Source: a virus (Duplodnaviria > Caudoviricetes). From it: DNA of 58,023 bases. The stretch's first letter is position 1; every line of letters starts with the position of its first letter. Below are positions 37,644 through 46,867 of this stretch, piece by piece. Both the position numbers and the translations under genes were made by a program. The stretch lies in IMG/VR virus record IMGVR_UViG_3300037478_000171, positions 1 through 58,023 of that record; one strand, given 5' to 3'. The notes below the pieces were generated by a model. That model worked only from the letters and a program-made list of their open reading frames with translations, did not search any database and was not told the origin of the DNA.

Positions 37644-37958
37644 ATGGCGATCAAGTGGAGTGAGCGAACGGCCGTCAAGAAGGATCCCGGTGCGAAGCTC
37701 GTCTATGAGTTGAACTGGCGAGCGCTCGGCTGGCTGGCGACCGGTGCGTCGATTGTCGATCATGAGGTGACGATTGATGGCCCCGACGCCGTGCTGACCT
37801 TCGACAATGACAGCATCGTGGATGACGACACGGTGCAGTTCAGGCTCCTGGCCGGTACGCTGGGTGCGGACTACACGGTCACGATCCACATCGTCACGGA
37901 CGAGACGCCGGTGCAGGAGGATGACCGGTCAATCCTGGTGCAGATTCGCGCGCACTAG
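37644..37958 (+). CDS. Fibre-tail adaptor-like protein
   Basis: KDP.A.L.Y..W ... GT.G..Y.VT..I.T...DDRS pattern. Confidence 0.6.
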   Translation: MAIKWSERTAVKKDPGAKLVYELNWRALGWLATGASIVDHEVTIDGPDAVLTFDNDSIVDDDTVQFRLLAGTLGADYTVTIHIVTDETPVQEDDRSILVQIRAH

Positions 37959-38084
37959 CGACCCTAGATCGGTTATGCTTGCCTTCTCGCGAGGCCGAAC
38001 GCCGGGCGCAAGTGGTTTGACACCGCACAGCAACGAGGCGTGACAGGTTGGGCGGCCAGTACTGCGGAGAGACGCGAACTGGCC

Positions 38085-39266
38085 CTACTGTTCCACTAGT
38101 GAAGCCAAGTTTGATCCTGTCTTTTCGCGCCTAGCCCAGGCCACGAGCGCCACGAGCACCAGCACGGCCTGCATCGACCGCCACAGCAGGCTCAGGTCAG
38201 GCGCGACGACCTCCACCCGGCTCCAGAGCGGGATGGTGACGAGGGCCAGCACGAGAGTTCCGATGGCGGCGTGTCGATGCCAGCCAGTCGGCCATGCCAC
38301 CAGGGCCGGCAGCAGTCCCACCAGCACGTAGGTGGTCCAGCCGATGGGGGAGGCCAGTGCGCACCAGCAGGCAGCCAGGGTCCAGCGCGACGCGGGCGAC
38401 TGGCGAACAGTCCACGCGGCCAGCGCGATGAGGACAAGTGCGATGGCGGCGACGGTCAGGCCAGACAGATCGGCTGTGGCCGTGCCGGTCAGTTGGCCGT
38501 GCTCGAGCCGTGCGGCGACGCCCCAGAGTGACGCATTGGCGGGCCAGTCGATCCAGGTGACGTCACGGCCGCGCGCGATCCAGTCCGCCCAGACAGGCCA
38601 GCCCAAGAGCCCGACGAGTCCACCGGTGGCGACGGTTCCGATGAGCGCAGTCCGGCTCGAGTAGGCCACAGGCAGGAGCAGCACCATCAGCGCGAGTGGG
38701 GGCTTGAGCAGGCAGGCGGCACTCAGCCAGCCAGCGGCGACCCACGGCGCGTGACGGTTCACCCAACCCTGCGAGACGGCGTAGATGAGGAGCCATGTCG
38801 GTTGCCCCTCTGCGAAAATGCCGAGTGCGGGTGAGAGCGCGAGGACCACGGCCGCCACGCTCATAGTCTGACCGGCCGACCAGTGGAGTTCACGGCCGAT
38901 GAGCCGCCACGTGGCGAGACAGAGCAGGGCGCTCAGGCACGCCCAGAGCGCGAAGGCAGCCGGGCTGGACAACAGCGTGAACGGGGCCAAGAGGACATCG
39001 AGCGTCGGCGGGTTCAGGTTGCCGGTCGTTTCGATGGCCGCCATCGGGAGGCCGGTGCGCCATGCGGACGCGCTGGCGTAGAGGCTGGCCCAATCGCGGA
39101 GTTCAGGATTCGGGTGGAAGCCGACGACGCGCGCCATGGTCACGGCGGCGTAGACGCCAGCGGCGAGCGCAAGCGATGGAGTCGGCGCAGGAGCGTAGAC
39201 GCGGGGAGCCGCTAGCTGGGCGGGGACACGAGCGCCGAAGGCACCAACGGCCAGTTGAGCCAGCAC
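38085..39266 (-). CDS. Polytopic membrane glycosyltransferase, GT87/DUF2029-like (GT-C)
   Basis: D...Y, NLNPP...L.PF, GQ, LKPP, NASL, SPIGW..Y motifs; many TM segments; start uncertain. Confidence 0.75.
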   Translation of the reverse strand: MLAQLAVGAFGARVPAQLAAPRVYAPAPTPSLALAAGVYAAVTMARVVGFHPNPELRDWASLYASASAWRTGLPMAAIETTGNLNPPTLDVLLAPFTLLSSPAAFALWACLSALLCLATWRLIGRELHWSAGQTMSVAAVVLALSPALGIFAEGQPTWLLIYAVSQGWVNRHAPWVAAGWLSAACLLKPPLALMVLLLPVAYSSRTALIGTVATGGLVGLLGWPVWADWIARGRDVTWIDWPANASLWGVAARLEHGQLTGTATADLSGLTVAAIALVLIALAAWTVRQSPASRWTLAACWCALASPIGWTTYVLVGLLPALVAWPTGWHRHAAIGTLVLALVTIPLWSRVEVVAPDLSLLWRSMQAVLVLVALVAWARREKTGSNLASLVEQ

Positions 39267-39270
39267 GGCA

Positions 39271-39543
39271 TTAACGCTTCTTGGTAGTCTTGGCTGGCGA
39301 AAGCTGCAATGGGGCGGCCTCCAGTCCACGCGGCGGGAGCTGGGTCACGTGTTCCGCGGATTCGGCGGGGTGATTCCGGCAGCCACGCTTGACAAGCCCA
39401 GTCGGCGCAGAAGCCACCCAGCTCATGCCCGGGACCTCATGCCGAAGCACGTCCACCGCGACGGTCGTCGCCGGTGCGCCGCACGAATCGCAGGGCCCGT
39501 AGGCACCATCAAGGATGCCGGCCGATGTGGCATTCTTGGCCAT
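39271..39543 (-). CDS. Small Cys-containing hypothetical protein
   Basis: MAKNATSAG..CDSCGAPAT..GC..H. Confidence 0.45.
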   Translation of the reverse strand: MAKNATSAGILDGAYGPCDSCGAPATTVAVDVLRHEVPGMSWVASAPTGLVKRGCRNHPAESAEHVTQLPPRGLEAAPLQLSPAKTTKKR

Positions 39544-39544
39544 G

Positions 39545-39721
39545 TCACGCTTCCTGAAGCTGCTGCTGTTCGCGCTCGCGCCGCTTGCGGGCTTCGCGCT
39601 TGAGCGCGCGCTGGCGCAGAATCTCGGAGCGCTCCTCGGGCGGAATCGTGGCCCATGCCTGCTTACCAGCACGGGACTGAAGCTTCAGGAAAAAGGCCCG
39701 TTCGGCCCTCGTCATTCTCAT
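39545..39721 (-). CDS. Small basic helical protein, candidate regulator
   Basis: First gene of the leftward unit; extended -10 (TGCTATGCT) 7 nt before ATG. Confidence 0.45.
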   Translation of the reverse strand: MRMTRAERAFFLKLQSRAGKQAWATIPPEERSEILRQRALKREARKRREREQQQLQEA

Positions 39722-39769
39722 GCCGGGCAGCATAGCACAGACTAGACTGTCAGAGCGAACAGTTTTCTC

Positions 39770-39799
39770 TTGACACATACAGGCCGGGCTCTATAGAGT
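39770..39799 (+). promoter_or_regulatory. Sigma70-like rightward early promoter
   Basis: TTGACA (39770-39775)-N18-TAGAGT. Confidence 0.6.
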
Positions 39800-39854
39800 A
39801 GGCGCATCGTGGTTGGACGAGGCCGATGTGAGTCGTAGACGCGCCATTTCGACA

Positions 39855-39882
39855 ACGTCCAATAATAGATGTTATGAACCCG
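39855..39882 (+). other. dif-like (XerC/XerD-type) site
   Basis: ACGTCCAATAA-TAGATG-TTATGAACCCG: 11-6-11 layout with ATAA-N6-TTATG core. Confidence 0.5.
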
Positions 39883-39991
39883 TAAGTTCTTTAGAATCAA
39901 TAACTTACGAGGTTCAACGCAGTTTCACTCGTCACGGTCACAGGTCGTGACCGGCCGGGCCGGAAACTGGGGGGCAGCACAAGGACGCCGT

Positions 39992-40318
39992 ATGTTGCCG
40001 ATTGGTTTACTCGTCGTCGCGCTTGGCCAGTCCGGGGCTGCGTTGCTCCGTGACGTGCGGGCCGCGCTCGACCACTCGCACATCCCGGTGACGACTGCCG
40101 CCAACGACATGGGCTGCCACTGGTCGCTCGTGGCGAAGGGGCTGGCGGGCGAGAAGCATCTCTCGATCACGCGACTGGCGGATCTGCCGCCGACGTTCTG
40201 GCAGTGGTTCGCGGTGCTCCTCGCATCACGACACGGGCTCCCGAAGGAACTGGAGATTCAGCCACGGATGGCGAAGGCGATGCTGCGGCTGAAGCTCGAC
40301 GACCGGAGGCAGGCATGA
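39992..40318 (+). CDS. HTH-like regulator (Cro/CII-like position)
   Basis: AANDMGCHWSLVAKGLAGEKHL HTH-like pattern; first rightward gene. Confidence 0.5.
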   Translation: MLPIGLLVVALGQSGAALLRDVRAALDHSHIPVTTAANDMGCHWSLVAKGLAGEKHLSITRLADLPPTFWQWFAVLLASRHGLPKELEIQPRMAKAMLRLKLDDRRQA

Positions 40319-40629
40319 CCGCAGACGAGTCCGCTGTAAACCAGAAACTGATTGAACTTGGCAAGGAACTGCTGAACGTCGCTGAGGATTGGGCGGAGGA
40401 ACCAGTCGATCCAGAGAACTGCCCGCCCATCTGTGCCGGAGCGGTCTCGATGGGAATTGAACGCTTGCGCGAAATAGCAGACGAAGCCGAGGCGCTTATC
40501 ACCGTGAAAGAGGACTCGTGATCATGACGCGCACGATCTTGGACGTCGCGGTGTTCGCGTACGTGGCGCTCAGCCTCGTCGGCCGGACGCTGCTCCGGGC
40601 GATCTACTGGACCTAGAAGGAGCACAGAC

Positions 40630-40806
40630 ATGGACACGCAGGCCGAACTCATCAAGACGACCGACACGAACATGATCGCGCTGAAGAAGTTTTTCGGGTT
40701 CAAGCCCGGACAGACGCTCAAGGAGTTCGCCGCCGAAGTGCGCGAGTTGTCGCCAGAGAGCCAGCAGGAGTTGGGCGATCTCATCCGCGCGCAGTGCGGC
40801 CGGTGA
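40630..40806 (+). CDS. 58-aa hypothetical protein (below the ORF-track cutoff)
   Basis: AAGGAG RBS; MDTQAELIK...LKEFAAEVREL. Confidence 0.55.
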   Translation: MDTQAELIKTTDTNMIALKKFFGFKPGQTLKEFAAEVRELSPESQQELGDLIRAQCGR

Positions 40807-40934
40807 AATGAGCAGTGATTCGCGGCGGCGGCGTTTCGAGCGCAATGCGGCTGAGACCATGCCGCAGGGTGCGCCACGCGCGACCGTCGCCGCGATGCGC
40901 AGTCAAGGGTCAAGTAAAGCAGGAGGCATAAAAG

Positions 40935-41120
40935 ATGGCAAAGAAGCAGCAGTTCCCGGTGAAGGTGTATGTAAAACGCGAACCGGACGACGACAACCCG
41001 TATCTCATCGCTGACGAATCGCTGGATATCCTGGATGGCATGGAAGATGGCGACGTGGTTGGCATCTACGCACTGACCGAGGTACGCACGGTGCGCGTAC
41101 GGCGGGAACTCACGAAGTAG
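40935..41120 (+). CDS. Hypothetical protein
   Basis: AGGAGG RBS. Confidence 0.55.
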   Translation: MAKKQQFPVKVYVKREPDDDNPYLIADESLDILDGMEDGDVVGIYALTEVRTVRVRRELTK

Positions 41121-41176
41121 GGCAGAGAAGAAGGGACCGACGCGCTGAACGTCGGCCCCACAGGAGACACACGAAG

Positions 41177-42073
41177 ATGAACAAGCCCACTCTAGCACAC
41201 GGCGACACGATGTTGAAACCGCCACTTCAGACCCCAGCCGAAGCCCTGGCCGAGTCCTGCCGATCCTGGCTCCCCGGCCTGACCGCTCAGGGGGACACGC
41301 TGGCCGTGCCGCTCCTGGGTCCGTCTGGCACCCTGAGCGTGCAGGTGACGCTCATTCAGCCCCCACCGTGGATCTTTGTCACGAGTGACGCGACTGTCAT
41401 GGCCGCGTATCGAGCGCTGGGCGACGATGCCACGGGCATCGCGCTCAATCAGGGCTTTTCACTGGACCGTGAAGCCGAAGAACTCCAGAGCGGGCATGTC
41501 CTGCACGGTTCTAGGTTGCCGGCGCTTCTTGCGTGCTTCTGTTACGGCTTGATCGCCCTGCTCTACGCGGCCGACATGCTGACGTCGGAGCCGGTGCCAG
41601 CCGTCGAGCCGTCCACCGAAATCGATCTGCAGCTGAGCCAGATCGCCGACACCGTGGCGCACGAGTTCTACAAGGCGCTCCACTACCTCACCGGCGGGGC
41701 CGGCTCGGGTGTGCCGTGGGAGAAGGTGCCGCACGAGTTGCGCGAGGAGTTGCGGGCGAAGGCGGAGCGCGCCGTCCGCACCGTGGACGCGATCCGCGAG
41801 GGCCACGCCCGGCGGCATGCACGGCTCTGGCTGCAGGCGTCACTCCGCGAGACGTTTCAACAGGTCTGGCAGGAACTCACCGACAGCCCGGCGGACCGGC
41901 CGCTGCAATACCTGCTGCGCGCGGCACTCACCCGCGTTGAGAACCGCATGCTCGCCGTTGATCCGGCCGAGCAGATGTTCACCCTTTACGAGCGCGTGCT
42001 GCAGTTCGGGCCGGAGGCGGCGCATGTGAAGCCGCTGCGGATTCGGCGGGGAGGCAAGGGTGACGCGCGATGA
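41177..42073 (+). CDS. Hypothetical protein
   Basis: AGGAG RBS; 298-aa ORF coupled to erf. Confidence 0.55.
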   Translation: MNKPTLAHGDTMLKPPLQTPAEALAESCRSWLPGLTAQGDTLAVPLLGPSGTLSVQVTLIQPPPWIFVTSDATVMAAYRALGDDATGIALNQGFSLDREAEELQSGHVLHGSRLPALLACFCYGLIALLYAADMLTSEPVPAVEPSTEIDLQLSQIADTVAHEFYKALHYLTGGAGSGVPWEKVPHELREELRAKAERAVRTVDAIREGHARRHARLWLQASLRETFQQVWQELTDSPADRPLQYLLRAALTRVENRMLAVDPAEQMFTLYERVLQFGPEAAHVKPLRIRRGGKGDAR

Positions 42074-42723
42074 CCAAGAGCGAATCGGTAATGGAGCTAG
42101 CGAAGGCGCTCACCTTGGCACAGGGCGAGATGGAGGGAGCGAAGAAGGACTCAACCAACCCCCATTTCAGATCCGCCTACGCCGACTTGGCGAGCGTGTG
42201 GGCGGCGATCCGTGGACCCCTGACGAAGCACGGCCTGAGCGTGACGCAGTTCCCGCGCCTGACGAATGTTGGGACGGATGCATGGCTGGTCGAAGTCGAA
42301 ACCATGCTGCTGCACGTCTCCGGCGAGTGGATCACTGACACGCTGGCGCTGCCGCTGTCGTCCGTCACGGCGCAGGGAGCCGGGTCCGCGATCACCTACG
42401 CCAGACGGTATTCGCTCATGGCCGTGGCTGGAATCGCGCCCGAGGACGACGACGCGAACGCAGCGGTCGGGCAAGCCAAGGGCGCGTCCTACAGTGCGCC
42501 CCGCCGCGTGGAGGTCAAGACGGTCACCCTCACCCAGCAGAAAAAGCTGTTCGCGGTGGCGAAGGACCACGGCTGGGATGACATCCAGCTCAAGGCATAC
42601 CTCTCGTCGTTCGGCTGGCATCGGTCGCACGAAGTGCCGGCTGAGTCGTTCGACGACGTGCTGTCGGCGATTGAGTGCGGCCCCGACGCGGCTCCCGTGG
42701 CGCCAGCGGAACCGGCGCTGTAG
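42070..42723 (+). CDS. erf: ERF-family single-strand annealing recombinase
   Basis: NPHFRSAYADL, LLHVSGEW, QGAGSAITYARRYSL..V.GIA.EDDD. Confidence 0.9.
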   Translation: MTKSESVMELAKALTLAQGEMEGAKKDSTNPHFRSAYADLASVWAAIRGPLTKHGLSVTQFPRLTNVGTDAWLVEVETMLLHVSGEWITDTLALPLSSVTAQGAGSAITYARRYSLMAVAGIAPEDDDANAAVGQAKGASYSAPRRVEVKTVTLTQQKKLFAVAKDHGWDDIQLKAYLSSFGWHRSHEVPAESFDDVLSAIECGPDAAPVAPAEPAL

Positions 42724-42726
42724 GCG

Positions 42727-43176
42727 ATGCTGGTCTTGGCTGCGACGTTCAAGGGCTTTGTTGATGACGCAGGGGCGTTCGCGCTGGACAACCGCGATGC
42801 CTTTCGGGACTACGTGCAGAAGTTCAAGGGCCACGAGGTTGTGGTCACGATCAAGAAGTGGTCCCGGCCCAAGACGCTCCAGCAACTCCGGTATCTGCGC
42901 GGCGTGGTCATTCCCGACATTGCGCGGGCCTGCGGCGAAGCCGATCCAGACTGCTATCAGGACTACTACGAGGCGTTGATGTTCAAGCACCGCCGGTTAC
43001 CGGACGGCCCGTTCGGCACGCCACGACGCCGGAGCGCGGCCGACATGAACATTGACGAGATGCGGCTGCTCATCGACGAGATCATTCTGGACGCGGAGAC
43101 CACGATTGTCGGGTGTCGGGTCACGCGGCCGGACGAAGCCGATCTAGAAAGCGTGTATGACCCGGGCTGGAAGTGA
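42727..43176 (+). CDS. NinB/YbcN-like hypothetical protein
   Basis: KTLQQLRYLRGVV...I...S.A.MN.DEM...ID.I pattern; adjacent to erf. Confidence 0.5.
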   Translation: MLVLAATFKGFVDDAGAFALDNRDAFRDYVQKFKGHEVVVTIKKWSRPKTLQQLRYLRGVVIPDIARACGEADPDCYQDYYEALMFKHRRLPDGPFGTPRRRSAADMNIDEMRLLIDEIILDAETTIVGCRVTRPDEADLESVYDPGWK

Positions 43177-43183
43177 GGGCCGC

Positions 43184-43546
43184 ATGACGACCCAGTGGAT
43201 GGTCAATCGGTGGCCGCTGATTGAGCGTCACATGAGCCGAGCAGATTGTCTCGCGTGGTTGCGCGATCACGGGTTCCCGCAACCGCCGAAGTCGGCCTGT
43301 GTCGGATGCCCATTTCACAATCATCGCGCGTGGCAGCAGATGCGCGACGAGCGGCCCGAGGAGTTCGCGGATGCCGTGGCGGTAGACGCGGCGCTTCGCC
43401 ACGGGAACGCGAGAGGCGTGAGAGGCGTCGAGTTTATGCACCCAGCCCGACTCCCGCTCCGCGAAGCGGTCGAGCAAGCCGTGGCTGAACGCGATGCCAA
43501 TCTAAACCTGTTCGAGAACGAGTGCGAAGGGATGTGCGGAGTCTAA
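43184..43546 (+). pseudogene. C-terminal fragment of a PAPS-reductase-like phage protein
   Basis: WPLI...SR.DC..WL...P.PPKSAC..CP...ECEGMCGV without the N-terminal PP-loop domain. Confidence 0.5.
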
Positions 43547-43968
43547 TGCTGCCATTCGCCAAACCCGCCCGTGGCTCAGCCTTGCTGGCAAGGCGTGAGC
43601 GCAAGGCTGAACGCAAGCGCCAGTCCATGCGCGCGTGGCTGACTGACTGGCGCGCACGCATCAAGGCGAAGCAGAAGCTGAGAGTGGAGGCCTTCCAGCG
43701 CGACGGCGGGCGGTGCCGGGCGTTCTGGACGAAGCTTTCGCTGACCGGCGGCCCGTTCGAGGCCATGAACCTGCACCACATCGTCCGGGTGAGTCTCGGC
43801 GGATCGGACGAGCTGTTCAACCGCGTCAGCTTGTCCTTCAACGCGCACCGCATGATCCATGACGGCCTGCTCGACTGCGAGGGTGACGGAAACGGCGTCG
43901 TGACGTTCACACAACGGGATCGCAAGGGCCGGATCGTGCATGCCTGGACCTCGGAGCCGCGCCGATGA
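43546..43968 (+). CDS. HNH endonuclease-like protein
   Basis: RDGGRC, HHI...S.GGSD...N......H..IH. Confidence 0.7.
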   Translation: MLPFAKPARGSALLARRERKAERKRQSMRAWLTDWRARIKAKQKLRVEAFQRDGGRCRAFWTKLSLTGGPFEAMNLHHIVRVSLGGSDELFNRVSLSFNAHRMIHDGLLDCEGDGNGVVTFTQRDRKGRIVHAWTSEPRR

Positions 43969-44191
43969 CGCCGCAGCACGACATCGAGACACTGCTCCGT
44001 TCCTACAATCGGCAGTGTCCCGATTGCCGAAAGGCGGTGGCGGCGATCTCGGAGCGCAAAGCACTCGGGATTCTTGCTGATGAGGCAGTGAAATCGGCAC
44101 TCGGGCGTCTCTCGCGCATTCGTTTGAACAATGCGATTGCTATCTGGCAGCAGGCGGCCAAGCGAACCATGACGCGAAAGGAGCCGCGCCG

Positions 44192-44527
44192 ATGAGCCGC
44201 GGGTTCACGCAACGGCGCGCGGATCGGATCAGCCGCATTCGAGAACGTGTCACGTTTTTAGATGGGCGCATCGCTGCTATCGATGGGCCGAATCGGGATC
44301 GGGATATCGCTGAGCGCTCGGCGCTGCTGTGGGTGCTGGAGGAACTGGACAAGCTGGACATGGTCGAAATGGCCGTTCGTGACAACGACGGTTTGCCGAC
44401 ACCGCTTCAGAAACTGATCGCCATCTCGTCCATTGTCAACGCGCGACACGATCCCACTGATGAGGACATCGCCCGCACAAAGGCACTCGCACGCCTCTAC
44501 GGCTGGACCTCGGAGCCGAGCCGATGA
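44192..44527 (+). CDS. Hypothetical protein
   Basis: Bounded by GGAGCCG(C/A)GCCGATGA junction repeats. Confidence 0.5.
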   Translation: MSRGFTQRRADRISRIRERVTFLDGRIAAIDGPNRDRDIAERSALLWVLEELDKLDMVEMAVRDNDGLPTPLQKLIAISSIVNARHDPTDEDIARTKALARLYGWTSEPSR

Positions 44528-45066
44528 CAAGGGGGCTTATATCCATGACTCCCTTTACCCTCGCTGACGCTCAAGCCGCGGCTGACGCTTGGGGCGCGAA
44601 TTGCGGGCCCGGCGCGCTGGCGGCCGTTCTCGGCTTGTCGCTCGACGCGGTGCATCCGCATCTGGAGAACTTCGACCAGAAGCGGTACACGAACCCGGCG
44701 ATGATGCGCGGCGCGCTCCGCAGCCTCAAGGTGGACCACGACTGGAAGGTCGGTAGGTTCGGCCTATTCCCAAGGTACGGACTCGCGCGCGTGCAATGGG
44801 AGGGGCCGTGGACGGCTCCAGGTGTTCCTGTCGCCGCTGCGTACAGGCATACGCACTGGGTTGGCTCAGCGATGCCCGACAGGTCCGTCTCCGATCCGCA
44901 CGACGTGAACATCTTCGACATCAACGCGATCTGCGTCGGCGGATGGATTGACTTGCCGGAGTGGAGCACACAGCTCGTGCCGTGGCTCCTAAAGCAGTGC
45001 GAACCGAAAGCAACTGGCGGATGGTGGTTGACGCACGTTGTTGAAGTCAGAAAGCCGACCCGATGA
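44524..45066 (+). CDS. Hypothetical protein (possible papain-like Cys-His dyad)
   Basis: ANCGP.ALA ... THWV ... IFD.N. Confidence 0.5.
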   Translation: MTRGLISMTPFTLADAQAAADAWGANCGPGALAAVLGLSLDAVHPHLENFDQKRYTNPAMMRGALRSLKVDHDWKVGRFGLFPRYGLARVQWEGPWTAPGVPVAAAYRHTHWVGSAMPDRSVSDPHDVNIFDINAICVGGWIDLPEWSTQLVPWLLKQCEPKATGGWWLTHVVEVRKPTR

Positions 45067-45220
45067 CCCGCTACGTCCTGGCCCAGCGTGAGGCGGCGAG
45101 AGCCAAGCGGCATCGGCAGGTCGAGTCCGCCGTGGTGTGGCTGGTGCTAGGTGTGTTCTTCGGCGTGGCGGCGGCGCTGACGCTGCTCGTGCTGGTCAGC
45201 TTGGCCTACGGGGCGTGGAC

Positions 45221-46417
45221 ATGGCGCTGACGCCCTATTACACGGATGCCCGTGGCGTGCTCTACCACGGCGACTGTCAGGACGTGATGCGTGCGCTTGA
45301 CGTCGAGAGCGTAGATGCCATCGTGACCGACCCGCCGTATGGCTTGGCGTTCATGGGGAAGGAATGGGACCACGGCGTCCCAGGCGTGCCGTTCTGGACC
45401 GAAGCACTGCGCGTAGCGAAGCCGGGCGCGCACCTGTTGTCCTTCGGCGGGACGCGGACGTATCACCGGCTGACCTGTGCGATTGAGGATGCGGGTTGGG
45501 AGATTCGGGACTGCGTGATGTGGATCTACGGCTCGGGGTTTCCGAAGTCGCTGGATGTGAGCAAGGCGATTGACAAGGCGGCAGGGGCTGAACGCGAGGT
45601 TGTTGGGCCAGACCCGAACTGGCGATCCAGCGTTCACTCGGACAATACCTACGACGGAGGACAGACGCGACCTCAGTTCATTACCGCCCCAGCGACCGAC
45701 GCCGCGAAACAATGGCAGGGCTGGGGCACCGCGCTCAAGCCCGCCTATGAACCCATCCTCATCGCCCGCAAGCCGCTGATCGGCACTGTGGCCCAGAACG
45801 TGCTGGCGCATGGGACCGGGGCGATCAATGTGGACGGGTGCCGGATTACCACGCCTGACGACACGTCGCGGGGGCCGCGCGGGATCGGCGGTCAATGCTA
45901 CGCGCAGGACTCGTGGACGAAGAACCCAGCTAATCATCGATCGTCTGACGCGCATCCTTCCGGCCGCTGGCCCGCCAACGTCATCCACGACGGGAGTGAG
46001 GAAGTGGTGGGGCTGTTTCCGCAAGCACCAGGAATGCCGCAAACCACACGCCGGCAAGGGAGCAGTCCAAAAGGCTATGGAATAGGGATTGCTCCTGATG
46101 GTGCCGACGCCTCTCCTGGCTACGGGGATTCAGGCTCAGCCGCCCGATTCTTCTACACGGCCAAAGCCAGCCGCGCCGACCGAGGCGAGGGCAATACGCA
46201 CCCGACCGTCAAGCCGCTCAGCCTCATGCGCTACCTCGTCCGATTGGTGACGCAACCGGGCGGGACAGTGCTCGATCCATTCTGCGGCTCCGGCACGATT
46301 CTGGAAGCGGCCTGGACTGAAGGCGCACACACCATCGGCATCGAACTAGACGAAGCGTACTGCGGTATCGCCGCCGAACGCTGCCGGCAAGGGGCGCTCA
46401 CGGAGATGTTCCGATGA
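45221..46417 (+). CDS. DNA adenine-N6/cytosine-N4 methyltransferase (beta class)
   Basis: TDPPY catalytic motif; HPTVKP; LDPFCGSGT SAM-binding motif. Confidence 0.92.
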   Translation: MALTPYYTDARGVLYHGDCQDVMRALDVESVDAIVTDPPYGLAFMGKEWDHGVPGVPFWTEALRVAKPGAHLLSFGGTRTYHRLTCAIEDAGWEIRDCVMWIYGSGFPKSLDVSKAIDKAAGAEREVVGPDPNWRSSVHSDNTYDGGQTRPQFITAPATDAAKQWQGWGTALKPAYEPILIARKPLIGTVAQNVLAHGTGAINVDGCRITTPDDTSRGPRGIGGQCYAQDSWTKNPANHRSSDAHPSGRWPANVIHDGSEEVVGLFPQAPGMPQTTRRQGSSPKGYGIGIAPDGADASPGYGDSGSAARFFYTAKASRADRGEGNTHPTVKPLSLMRYLVRLVTQPGGTVLDPFCGSGTILEAAWTEGAHTIGIELDEAYCGIAAERCRQGALTEMFR

Positions 46418-46867
46418 CGGTGCTCCTCCTTGCCGCCTGCGGGCTCGTCCTGTTCGCCCTCTGGGCCTCTGTCCGCCGCTACCGCGAACGCCGCACGCCT
46501 GACACGTCCTGGCAGCCCACGGGCACCAGACGCACGACTGAGCCCCACTACGACCAGCAGAAGGCCAGTGCCGGGGTGGCGAAGGCGAAGCGCAGCTCGC
46601 AGACGGGACGGCCGTATCAGCCGCGGCAGGGGCCGGTGGACGTGTTCAGGCGGAAGGCGGGGCCGTGAGCATGCTGCCTGCCATCGACCGCCGCCCCGGC
46701 TCCAAGCCCATGCGCCTGCAAGCCGGCGACAAGCGCTACCTGCTCATGCCCATCGAGTGGCGTGAAGGCCCGCGCGTGGTGGTGACGTTCCTGCGAATCG
46801 GCGTGGATAGGCAGGGCCAGCCCGTGACGGCCAGTCACGGCCGGAGCGGCAGTGTGGCGGTGGGGAC

